In this document: piece by piece, positions 14,201 to 27,100 of the stretch | Layout of the letters: each line of letters begins with the position of its first letter | How positions within the stretch are numbered: position 1 is the first letter of the stretch | NCBI GenBank assembly: GCA_040954595.2 | Contig: CM082596.2 | Coordinates: 5,716,791-5,780,790, forward strand | Direction: 5' to 3' | Length of the DNA stretch: 64,000 bases | Origin: Balanoglossus misakiensis | Lineage: Eukaryota > Animalia > Hemichordata | Position numbers and translations under genes: made by a program | Notes under the pieces: model-generated | The model's input: only the letters and a program-made list of their open reading frames with translations | Database searches by the model: none | What the model was told of the DNA's origin: nothing

Positions 14201-16648
14201 GTTGCAAAAAATGTTTTTCTTCAGAGGCACATGAAGCATTTGTTCAATTATTTTAGTCCCTTTGGTGTCAGGTTTTACTGATATACTGTTGCACCAATAA
14301 TGTCAGGAAGGAAAAAATAAAAAAATAATGTACCGTTAACTAACCATTACTGTTCTCTCTGTACTGCAGGTGCAGTTCCGTCTGAATTGGTTGGTGTTTA
14401 TGCTGTGTCTAGTAATGAACCGACCATACCAGTTCTATTATTTTGTACCCTTGGTGACGTTTTGGTTCATCCTAGTGTATGGTGCCATGGCTGTATGGCC
14501 GAGGATATCGGCAAAGTCAGTTACAGGTAACGGTACATACACAATTCAACTGATAGTAACTTTGTGCTGCATACAATACAAACTAGTCAGTTTTAAATAT
14601 TCAGATTTATTTCTCTGAAATCACATCACCAGTAATTCTTTTATTCCTTTTTCAGAAAACACATCTGGGTATGTGTGGATGGCATTTAAGTTTATTGGGC
14701 TGTTTTGCATTATTGTGACCTTGGCATTATCAGAGGTATGTGATATTGTTAATTCGTGTCGATGTGAAAACTGCTACCGGAGATCTACACCTCTGGTGAG
14801 AAGAAATGAGATACAACCATATATCAGTCAATTACATGATAATGTGTGCTGTATTTATTCTGACATTGTTCCATCATTTCCTGATAACAGTTTGAGACAC
14901 CTGCCTTTCTACACTTATTCACTGCAGGTATTTTTCTACAAAATATTTGACTGGTGGCCACTGAAAGAGGTTTTTGTGACTGCAGACGGGAAGCTTTATG
15001 AGTGGTGGTTTCGATGGCAGCTTGATAGATTTGTAAGTGTTGGTTACATTCTGTATACACAAAACCATGTGCGGAAAACAGCCATTGAAATTCACCATAG
15101 CCATAGAATTCCTATGAAAGTACTCCCCCACATGTATTCATATGTATGCTACCATTTGACTAATCTATAGTCAATTTTCCATAGGACACTGTAATAGTCT
15201 GTGTGCCACGTTTTATTCTACCGTAGACCGGACCTATTTGTACCTAATTATATTTTACTCTTCACAGATTGTGCCGTTTGGGATGCTGTTCTCTTTCATG
15301 TACATAACACTTAAAAAATACAACAAGATTCAAGAGGGGGATGGTGAAAACGTCTGTAAAGGTTGCACCTCAAATCTGCTGACGTTTTTGGGCTTTTGCA
15401 TGATGGCAGTAAGTCTCATATTAACCCCATATTTTGATTTCGCTGAACAGAGGCGTAATCAACATATTTTATTGCCATTTTTACAGTACCTGCTATGTTA
15501 TTTTGAAGATATGTGTTTTAAACTTAAGCATTCCATAGTACACTGCTATACTATGCGGCAAACGTACATACTATTTGCATACAATGCAAGAATGAGTATA
15601 CATGTATCTCCAATATTTGAAGTTTTGGGAATGTGAGGACCATGCATTCATTGTCTCTCTACACAAGAGCACAGAGTTTGGTCATTGGCAAGCAACTATT
15701 GTGCCTATGTTGTTAATTCTAAATCATGTTCTCTTTCTTCCCTCTTTACAGGCCTACTCCATATTTGCCTGTCTTTGCACAAGTAAACCAGATTGCAATC
15801 AGACACATTCCTACATTAGTGTTCTTCCAGTAAGTAATTTAGAATCGTAATTTGTGCAAGGTTAAAAACTTGTAAAGTTGTTAATTTACCAAGTTACAAA
15901 CTCAGATTCATCTTAGCGTTTTGCATACTAGTCAAATCTTTTGTATTTGTATTTTCACAGGTGACTGGTTTCATCTTACTTCGCAATGTACCTGGCAGAT
16001 TAAGGGCCAGGTACAGCACTTTCTTTGCCTGGTTTGGAAAAATTTCTCTCGAGGTAAGGTGCAGTGTGGACTGGTGGGTGTATTTGGTTGTATGGTGGGC
16101 AGGTATTGGCTTGGATGTGTGTGTGTGTGTGTGTGTGTGTGTAATCAGGTGGGTTGCAGGCAGACCAGATGTGGTCATAAAGATCAGACAAGAGTGCATC
16201 AAAAATGGTGAACGGATCAAAACTCGTCACTGTTAAGATAAGTGCATTGCCAGGAAATTTGATTTTAATAAGAAAGATGGGGATTTGGTTGAGGGGTCTT
16301 GTGAGCTGAATTTCATGAATTGGTTTGGTAGGTTCCAAGTTTGAATACCATAACATGTAGTTTTTTATCTGCTTTCATCCATAGTTATTCATAGGACAGT
16401 ACCACATCTGGTTGGCAGCGGACACCAAAGGCATCCTGGTGCTGATCCCGGACTATCCCGCGGTCAACCTGACGGTCACGTCGTTCATCTTTGTGTGTGC
16501 AGCCCACGAGATATTCGTCGTCACTGTACAACTCCAGAAATTCTTCGTTCCAAACGACTTGAAGGAACTCTTCAAGAGGCTGGCTGTCTTCATCTGCCTG
16601 ATGACAGGACTTCTATTTTACCGAACAGGGTCAGCTTTCAAGATTTGA
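5300..16648 (+). CDS. CASD1: N-acetylneuraminate (sialate) O-acetyltransferase, CAS1 domain-containing protein, ~20 exons
   Basis: Exons approx. 5300-5423, 8638-8734, 9030-9195, 9678-9740, 10293-10387, 10627-10698, 10913-11003, 11895-11997, 12648-12777, 12887-13132, 13355-13463, 13577-13665, 13911-14030, 14370-14526, 14656-14735, 14928-15032, 15268-15408, 15752-15829, 15961-16053, 16385-16648. Motifs seen: WQPRGCMM, catalytic [10 protein letters not shown] and DGLH, Cas1_Acyl[58 protein letters not shown]. Confidence 0.95.
6037..6111. mobile_element. 75-bp MITE with TAG...CTA ends and a 9-bp TSD (Academ-like) in CASD1 intron 1
   Basis: CCACTCCAC|TAGCTCTGCGTACAAGTCTGTG...CACAGACCTGTACGCAGAGCTA|CCACTCCAC. 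Confidence 0.8.
16117..16142. repeat. (TG)n microsatellite in the last CASD1 intron
   Basis: Visible directly in the sequence. Confidence 0.9.
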
Positions 16649-19600
16649 ACCTGTCCAGGGGGGGGGGGGGGGGACAGTTCTGAGTTTTGCATGGGGGATG
16701 GGCTGAATATATATGGAGACTGGTGGTAGTCAGGTGCAATGTTTTAAACGCTTACAGGCTTGGCTGAAACAAAACACTGCAGTAGTTCCAGCAACTTGCT
16801 TGGCTGTAACAGGCATGAACCAACATTGCCCCAGCAACTCATCAGCTGTAACAAGCATGCTTCTCAATGGCTGCAGCAACTTTTTCCGGTGTAAGCTTTG
16901 GGAAGAATCATCAATAAGCGCTGAAGTTGTTACAGTATCATTTAGATTAGTATGTACGTCAGAAATTACAGTACTGTAAATGACTGACGGCTGCTATGGA
17001 AGCATCTTTACACACACACACAAGTTTTAATTGTCTGTCTGATATTTCAAAGCCAGAAAACACTGTCAGCCAAAAACAACTCCTTCAAAAATATCCCGTG
17101 ACAGTTTGAAACCATCATCATCTTGCATTAGATCCTGTTACTTGAGTTTAAGACATGCAAGTGTATGATAGTGATATTGATAATAAGCTTTCCACGGAGA
17201 TTTCGCTGTTGAACTCTTTCACTTCTTAGTGTAGTCTGAATCCATTGTTTTCTGTTGGACATCCCTGTACCAGAAGAAATTGGGTTGAAGCGGTTAAACA
17301 ATATGCAGCTACATTTACATGAAACAGACTGACACTGTTTGCCAAGTTCTGTTGATGATTTGGCCCCTAAATGTGAAGTCCAGGATGGGGGACTGAATAT
17401 TGGACCCTGTTTGTGTGTACATAAATCCCATACACTCCATATTTCATGGAAGTTCACTATGGCTTATATATGCATCTCATGTAAGACTTATGCCCCTGCA
17501 CATGGTCTCTCTACAGTTATGTCATGCTAGGGCTGAGATTATATACTTTTCACTGTATTATTTTTGCTTTTAAGATTTATATATTTTACTGATACTAATG
17601 AAGGGGTTTTGAACTATTTTTTCTTCATGATTTATGTATCTCAACTTTGTAGACAATCCAGTTCTATTTGGCAAATTTTTGACATATTTATATTTAAAAT
17701 ATACATGGTTTTATAAACTCATGGGTGGCTTTTGTCAAAGGTACAAATACAGTGCACTGTAGTCTACCATGTTCAACTCATAGCCATTTTATTTAAATTT
17801 CGATAGTTGGCATTTACCTGAATGTGATTCAAACTCTGTCGTTCATATTTCTTGAATTTCATCTCTTCATGGACATGCTTCTGCTGTTAGCAATATTATT
17901 GAAATTAATTTATGACAGATTAATTGCATCAAATGTTTTCATTTCTGTAAAGCCAGCACACTGTATGTTGCAGTTGGTGAATCAATCTGTAATTTTCATA
18001 TGAAAGGTGTAAAGTAAAACTTGAATTAACGAATAAAATTCATCCTTAAGAAATATAATTGCATCATGTAGTGATGGGTGCTGAAGAGGCTTTATTTTTT
18101 AACTTAATTTAAAATGAGTGCATGTAGAGGTGTGTGGTAAAGGGTGATGTGCATGTTTTTACTTGTTTCAGAGGAAATGCTTGCATAGATAGTTGTCAGT
18201 GTTTACCACAACATGACATCCTGAAAGTAAGCTGGATATTTCAGAATGGTGGGAATGCAGGGTTTAATAGGAGACTGGCTGATTCAATAATTCTCTACAA
18301 GTAAACTGCTTCTACCTTCGTAATGGTGTACATAAGGGTATTTTGTGGGCTTCTCACAGCACACAGTACACTTAGGTTTGGTAAAGTCAACACGAGAATT
18401 TCCCATGAAAAACTTGAAAGCATCCTCCAGAATATATGTATGAAGTTAGCAGTACATAGAGACAATAGCAACTTCCCGTTACAAATCTTGGTTTTTCTCA
18501 TTTCAGTGTTTTGGCAGTGTACAGTCTTTTGAAAAAGAATAACTCAAGAACCCCTAAAGGGAAGACCTCAACTAGTAAGGCCACACGTGCACACATGCTT
18601 TAATAACAGCAAACCATGGGAAGAGAGAATGTATATTATATGTAGCAATTCGTCTGTGGACATCTGATTTGTCACCCTAGGGGATTATCCATTTGATATC
18701 TGGAGAATCTTTTTTTTGTGTGTGTGTGGAGCAGACTTAATACTACGAAATGGGTATGTCTATTTGGCTGGTTTTGCCCCAACTTTCTCTTGTAGTTTGA
18801 TTGGAAAATTTGCAAGATAATTCAAATCTAATTACACATGTACAGCTATTCTACAAAATGACGTACTTGCAAGCACTTGCGATTCATTTCTGTGTTTCAA
18901 AGCAGTTATATTTTTCAGAAATAAAGATAATGGTCCTTGAGGGTAGCGTATGATTTCACATGTCTGTTTATTTTTATGGTGTACAACATGCCAATTTTCT
19001 CGGAGACATTCACAATATCATGGATGTATGTATGTGTGCGTGTGTGTGTGTGTGTACATGCCAATTGCAAATATAGGTCTGATTCAGAGAGAATTATAAA
19101 CTTCATAAACCATAAACTTTATTATACAAATATCACGATAGCCCGCGCGAAGGAGTCTGGGTAAATTCACGCGCGCCCTCTATGGACAAGGTTATGCGTG
19201 TTTCGTTCGTCTGCAGTGCTGAGCTGGTTCGCGAGTTTTTGTTCCTTTTCTGCCTTCGTATTAGGCCTTGGATCTTTTCAGGTGATTTCTACATTTATCG
19301 TACGCCAATTTGACGAAGCTGAGCTCAACTTAAAGTTTGACGGATCCATAGCAATCGTGCATGTTTGTGACCTCGGTGACCTCGGAGATATAGCAGCAGA
19401 CGACCACCTGTAGCTCTTGCTCGCCGCGCCCACATGTGCAAGTGTCGAAGAAACCGCGGTAGGTTGACCAAAACATCCGCTTCACGCTTCATTTTTACTG
19501 AAGAGGAATGCCACTCAAAATTTCGCTGCCAACAGTCAGGAATAAGTCTCATTTTATCGCCCAAAAGCACATCGGATTCGATTGTCTACAATAGTCAGAG

Positions 19601-19841
19601 GGCGCCATCTACCAGCCAGCTTTGGTAAGTTCACCTAATTTCCTGTATATAGTTCATATAGGTCTTCTGTAAAGACACTTCTTTTTCATAGTCACACCAA
19701 GATTTAGATGATGTGTATAGAGGCAAAACCCTAAGGGGGCGGGCGGTTGTTAGGTATAGTCTACTCCTTGAACAAAACGCTCTGCTTGGCGCATGTTGTC
19801 TGCAACATGTGCAAAGCGAGACGTACAATGTACATGTCATG

Positions 19842-20423
19842 CATAGACCACTTTGCAGATAGGGTATCTGCAATGCATGATGGTATAATTTGCGTTCAAC
19901 ATAGCGTCTAGTACATGGCTATTAAACGCCTGCGCTCAGAACGCAAACTGTCCCACAACACCCTGCGTTATTCTATCCGCGAAGTGGTCCATGTAGCACA
20001 CACTATTTACTTATCAATTGCATCCTGCCCAACATCTAACACCTGCCACATATAAATCCCATACTGCCCAACATAGAACACTTCGCGGATAGGGTATTGA
20101 TGGTATAATTTGCGTTCAACATAGCGTCTAGTACATGGCTAACGCCCGCGCTCAGAACGCAAACTGTCCCACAACACCCTGCGTTATTCTATCCGCGAAG
20201 TGGTCCATGTAGCACACACTATTTACTTATCAATTGCATCCTGCCCAACATCTAACACCCGCCACATATAAATCCCATACTGCCCAACATAGAACACTTC
20301 GCGGATAGAGTATTGATGGTATAATTTGCGTTCAACATAGCGTCTAGTACATGGCTAACGCCCGCGCTCAGAACGCAAACTCCCACAACACCCTGCGTTA
20401 TTCTATCCGCGAAGTGGTCTATG
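19842..20423. repeat. Non-coding tandem array, ~216-220 bp period, ~2.6 units, with internal inverted repeats
   Basis: TGGTATAATTTGCGTTCAAC occurs at 19881, 20101 and 20317. Each unit contains CTATCCGCGAAGTG and its reverse complement CACTTCGCGGATAG. Confidence 0.9.
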
Positions 20424-21109
20424 GATAACTTCTGTAAATGTAAAATGGATACTGTTCGCGTTCCATTTAATCGTCATCCGAAGGATGCTAGCCGAGTACA
20501 AGTTTGTGTTGTGGCTTAGTTTTATTTTAGTGTCAAAAGTACAGATGTAAAAATGTATATGGTTCCGAGGCTAGGGAGTACGAGTTTCTGGACCATATAA
20601 TTGGGAGACATGCGCCCTTAGTGGTGATTTCGATACAATTCACTCTGTCGTAAAATCATTATTTTTTCTCTTTATTTATTTTTACACTAGTCCCATTTAC
20701 ATGTTCAAAAAAGGAAAACAAACTATTACTACATAGTCACAGATCACTAAAAGGCTCAGTAAAAGTAGCAAAACTGATAATCTCAGATATGTACATTTTT
20801 TTTAAAATCCGATATTTACAATCTAAAATTGGAAAAATATTCTTCACACGAATTACCAAGGTAATATTTGCAGTGGTTCTCAAGTGTTGGAGTAGATGGA
20901 CATACATATATATACATATATATATAAACAAAATTAGGAGGAACAAAATTTACTCAGAAATTATACTGTACATGCCAGCTGCCTTATAATGCGACTTTCC
21001 AATATTACTATAACAACTTAATAGTATGAAACCTTCAACAATTTCTTTGGCTCTGCTTCTCCATTGATTGCATAGTTGTGATTTACATGTAGCTCAAAAA
21101 CTGTCATCT

Positions 21110-24100
21110 TCAAATCTTGTGTTTCTTGAGGACACTTTGCATTCTCTCATGGTATTTCACGATGACTTGGTCTGTTTACAAACAAAAAAGCAGAAAAGTT
21201 AAAACCCTGAATTCATCAATGTGTTTCCATTATAATACCACAGAAATAAATGTTCTATAAGGTAAATGAGGATGACGTCTACATTTATATCAAACTGTTT
21301 CTTGTCAAAGACAGCTATATAGACTTACTGATTAAGTTGTAACATCTCCAGCTCCGAAGAATTCTGAGTAATTTTTGAAACAGATCCGTATCATAGAAAT
21401 TCTTGAGGCTCCACAACACCAGCATTTCATAGCATTGTTTTTTCGTATCGTCAGGGTTCTTCTCGGTAATCATTTTGATTTGGAAGTTCAAGATGTCTAA
21501 TTTCTTGGCGAGTGTCACCCACTTCTTGTGGTATTTTTGCGAAATAACGAGGAAGGCTGCGGTCAGAATTTCAGGCTGGAATGGGAAGGGGAAAAATGCA
21601 AAACAGTTTTTAGTTCTGTTGTTGATTAATGCTTCAACTTGAAACAACATTGATGGAGTGTCCGTCTGTGCAAGTAGAAGTCTTTCATTTCTGAATGCAG
21701 AATGTAAAAGCATTGGGAATTGAGAATGTGGCTTTACTAAATAGTGAATCAAAATCTAAACAGCCTTTAGTTGGACTTCTTGTCAATACCGGAATTTCCC
21801 AACTTTACCGGCAATAAATCCGTATTCCATCATGTCCTCACCTGTGCGGTAGCTGCAGTATCAATGATCTTCAGTGCCCGAACCCGCTCTGTTTTGTCCT
21901 TGTACTGTGGAGACGCCCTCACCAATTTGCGAGCTGTTGCACCATCCTGAAAAAAGTTACATTTACATCATCACAGGGCAATTTACACACAAGATATTTC
22001 AAAGGAAATAGACAAAGCTAAGAAAAAACTTGATGGGACTATTTTAGCTCCACTGTATTAATAGAAAGACTCACATTGTTCCTAACATCTATCTGGCACC
22101 CGTACAAGACCAGGAGTCGAATAATATCCACATATCCAAACATGGCTGCCAAGTGGAGGGGTGTGTCTCCATCCTGCATGAACAATAGTAGCGTCAGTCA
22201 TGTCTGAGACTAAAAACTCACACCACACTACAAAACACACCACAAACAAAACAGTTACAGCCACATTATCTGGTGTAAGTTTTTGGGACATATCAACTCA
22301 TTGTTTCATTTGTCAACCAAAAACTTTTAGTGATGGTGAGGCCGTCTTCTTAAAGATGATTGTACATTAATTGCCACTGCAAATACACACAAGAGCCTAT
22401 ATGTACACTTTATACATAAATTTCACATGAACAATTTCATCAAGTGACATCATTGGAAATTGGTTTGTTGGTGCAGATGAAAGGGAAGTTTAGTCTTAGT
22501 GTCTGCTGTTTTAGCAAAATCAATTTGTAGCAGTAGGAGCACCAGTTCCATGCATTTACCTTGGGCAAACTCAAAACAGAAAAATATAAACATGCATCAA
22601 CCATGCACATTTGCACAAAGTAAAATTACTGTTAGAGATAGACAGATCGATGATACAGTGTTAATATTAACATCACTTTGCAACAGGACAAGCTTTATTA
22701 ATATATACAGGCATGCACCCAGTTCTAACCTTGTTTGTAATATCGGTGTATTTAATGTGATGAGGGAAAATGTCCAAGACTAACGTCTCGGCAAATTTGG
22801 AGCAACCATGAGCTGCGGCTAGATGCAGAATTGTGTTACCGTCCTGTAATTAAGAAGTGATGAGTAGAAGATGTTGTTGATGACGATGATAATTATGAGG
22901 GTGTTGATGGTAGTTGGAATGATATTGATGGAAATGATACCAAGGAGATGAATTGCGATTATTTGATGGCAGCAGACTGTGATTCAAGTTGTTATCATCA
23001 AAATTAAATTGTATTATATCATGCTACCGTCCGTCATTCTGATTGTACCCATTTGAAAATCTACCTGTTATTTTGTGCAGTGTGTTTTGGAAGGATGTTT
23101 GTTGAAAGGTCCTTAAAAGACCACAAAGTTCTTGGCTGTATTTTTTTTTTTTTGGTAAACTTGCGGAGACATACCATATTCTGGGCATCTATTTTTGAAT
23201 GGAACTTGATCAGTTCTTCTGCCACCTCCTCATGATTGTGTATTACGGCAACATGCAGTGGAGTGTGTTCATGCTGAAATCAGACATACATGATACTATG
23301 ATGGATGAAAAATGTTTCATCATGGCTGTTTTCTATTGTATTGAACTGTAATATGTTTTTTAAGGACATTTTAGCTACCAGTAATGCTGCGGTAGCCTTA
23401 GATGTTGAAGTCAGTACCACCACCTTAAACATACATGTATAATTTGTACACACCAGAAATTGTGTCACTTTCATAATATTCCAATAAATAGGTGTAATAA
23501 ATAGGAAAGACGCTAATGCCAAAAGATTTCAACTAGCAAAAAAAGAACAAAATCTTATGCGTATCCACTCATACTTGATTAAATGAATGTTTTCCAGGAT
23601 CTATTGAATTCAATCATAAATGGATTGGAATATATAAAAGGACAATGGTTTTCAACTTACTATGTCATTCATGATGTCGACATCAGCGCCATGTTTCAAC
23701 AGTAATTTGACAGTTCTAATGTGTCCGTTTGAAGCTGCTCTATGCAATGGAGTGTACCCAAGCTGCAAAATCAAACAATCAAACCGCAGTGGTTAAAGAG
23801 TTAAACAACTTTTCTTGCAAGTATATTTTAATAGCAGAATGAATGGACGATCAATACAACAGCCCTACACTCACCTTGTCTTGCGCATCGAGATATGCGT
23901 CGTGCTTGTAGAGTAAATCCACAGTCTCTGTGTTGTCAGCCACTGCTGCTAGATGTATGGGTGTAACACCATGCTGTAGTACAAAATGTAAATGCTAACA
24001 ATTTAGCTCATCTAGTTTGAGACCAGTGAGGTTCTTCCTCAAAAACGTACATCTTCTCCTACATTGGTATTGGTAAACTGTATTTCTATTTTGTAGTTAT

Positions 24101-27100
24101 CATGACTGGCTTATTACTAAGCAATTTGGTTCAATCACAAAACTAGGGATTATGAATTAATTTTTAAAAGAGATGTTAGATCTACCTTGTAATCTCGGAC
24201 TTCTGTGTTTGCCTTGTTTCTAAGCAACACATCGACAGCTTCGTCATGTGCATATTGAGCTGCTCTGTGTAAAGCTGTGTATCCCCACTGTTTTAAAAAC
24301 AAGAAACGAAGTCGGTGAAACCAACACCAGCGCAAAAAATAAACTATTTGTAACAAAAACCTGCAAATGGTTGTAAAAGGACAACGAAAGAGCTAGGGTA
24401 ACCAACCTCGGGAGTTTTGATGTCAACATCTGCACCGTTGTCTAGCAACACCTGAATGACAGCTGCATCTCCTCTTTCTGCAGCTTCGTGGATTGGACTC
24501 AGCTTGTCGCCCTGCAACAAAAAAATCATATCATGACTACAATCGCATCAATTTAGATCAGCAAAACCATACCTATTTTAACATCTCATTGGGTTTTGAG
24601 GGTTCAAAAAAGTATATTTTCTTAAATTAATGTGTGACGATCAGCTAGTCATAAAAAGAGTCTATTCTGACAAGAGAAGTGAGTAACTTCCAGAAATAAC
24701 TTGCGCAGACTAGTTCAAACTGGTTCAGTCCAGTTTCCATCATACTTACCTCACTGGTGTTTTCGTAGTCAACTTCTACCATCACATTGATGCCCTCCTT
24801 CAGGTTTTTACTGAATTTCTTCACGCCAGAAACATCGCCTTTCATCGTTGCTTCATGCAATTTCTGTATGAAGGCATTGTAAAGAGAGGATGGAAATATA
24901 TATTAATAATATCACTGGGTCTTTTGCGACAAACCTCACCAAACAATTCATCTTTCGTTCAAATGCAAACTATTCATAATCATCTGTGTCCAGTTTCTCA
25001 GCTTCATACATGTTGGTTAGGAAACGTTTAATTGCTGCCTTATGTTACAATAGATAAAACTTCTGAACACTTACCAAGATTTTATCTGCAGATTCCAACA
25101 TCTTAATGACTTCAGCTCTTTCAGTTTTAGACTTGTACTGGTTAGATTCTCGTGCTGTATCAACAGGAATTCTACCATACTGTTGAAAAAGTTTAAAACA
25201 AAATGATTGCCGGTTAGCCTTATTTGACTGGGATGCTAAACATACTGATATGCTGTCTTACACCAAGCAAGTTTCCAAACCAAACAATGTTCTCTGTTGT
25301 TAGGCCTTGTGGTGTTGTTCAGCTAATGTTTACTGTTGTAAGAAACTTAAAAAGGAAAATTCTACATACAGTACCTTGTTTTTGATATTCAACTTTGCTT
25401 CATAAGAGATCAGTAGATGCACAACGTCTGGGTGACTAAACCAAGCTGCAGTATGCAATGCAGTGTTTCCACTCTGTTAGAAAAAGAACGATTAGGTAGA
25501 ACGCACCAACGAGATAGGTTTTCAGAAAAATGACAGTCCTCTGATCTTGTCACTTCTTTGCTATATAGAGTATGTAAGGAGTCATGTTTTGAAAAGAGAA
25601 CAAAACCAGTGAGCTCATTTTATTTTACCATTAAATTACCTTGTTTTGTGCATTGATATCTGCTTCATACTGTAACAATAAGTGAGCAGCTTCTGTCTGT
25701 CCATTGGCTGCAGCTGCATGAAGTGGCGTTGATTTCATCTGAAACACAACACAATAAACTGCTAATTAGGGATCGTGTTATATGTACTGAAAAGTTTGTC
25801 AAATATTTTTCTCCTGACTTGTACACATTTTAAGCAACATGAATGTGAAATTATAGTCACATTACATCAATTATTTTTGCAGTAACAGAAAAATTCAGAA
25901 AGGCTAGTTACAGGCTTACCTCACCATCCTTAGCACTGATATCAGCGCCGTGTTCCAACAGAACTTCAACTGCATCACAGTGGCCCTGTGCTGCTGCTAA
26001 ATGAAGAGCTGTTTGACCTTCCTGGAGAAGTCGAGTCATATTTCTCAACAATTATCAAATTGCACTTGACGACATATTGGTAAACGTGTTACATGACACA
26101 GCAAACATAGAGTGCTATGTTAAAACACAAGCATGCTTATTGGTAAAAAAAAACATGAAATAATTAAAATAATATACATGTAGTACATTTTAAGTGAAAA
26201 AAATCAATTTTGTGGAACTGTTGGTTTGGTTGATAGATTCATACCTAACCCTGTCCAACCACTGAACAACTGATTTTATTCAGCAAATTTAAATTTAGCA
26301 AAGTTAAATGTAATTTATTTCTCTGAAGAATTCCACTCTTGGGGCAGGTATCCAACCATACTTAATTTTTTTTAATGAAAGAATTAAGGGAACAATTTAA
26401 CTTAACACATTACTAGGGATCTAAAGTGTGAAGTATTATCAAATATGTGGAAAGGTGCTTCTCACAATAAAAACAGAAGTTGTGCAAGAGACAGAACACA
26501 AGACTCTGCAAGAACTTGTTAACTTTTAAACTTTATACCTTAATGATAAAGTTATTCATTTACTGAATCGTTATTTGTTTACTTCAGACAAAAAAAAGAC
26601 AAAATGATTAGAGCTTGAAAATACTTTCCACTGGCAAAGACTTTAAATCAATTTCTAGGTGGGCTTTCTGTAGTTTTGAACCAATCAGGAAGTTCCTGAG
26701 CCAATCACATTGATGCTCTGGAAATGGGTCCCCTAAGTTGTGATAAAAAGTTTTGCTAGAGAGTTTTTCCAAGCTCTTCATTGGTTAACTCATACTGAAT
26801 TAAGCCTAGGGGGTCGCAGGCGTTAGGAGGACCATTTTACCTTGTTACCGCAATTGTCAATGTTAGCGCCATGTTTAAGCAATGTCCTAATGGCTCTATG
26901 GCAACCGTTGAATGCAGACCAGAGTAGAGGGGAATAGAAATACTGTGCAAAATAAAATATGACATGATCAGCTTCGAGGTGAGGAGAGTTGATAACCACT
27001 TCTAGAATGGAATCAACCAAATGATGTAAGAAAAGTAACATTGTATACAGTGTACAAGTTAATGTCATGGAATGTGCCATAGGTTCTGTAGGGGTGCGAG

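Noticed and set aside
19842-20423. Possible CRISPR-like array
   Set aside because: The sequence between repeats is itself repeated (no unique spacers), the context is eukaryotic, and no cas genes are present.
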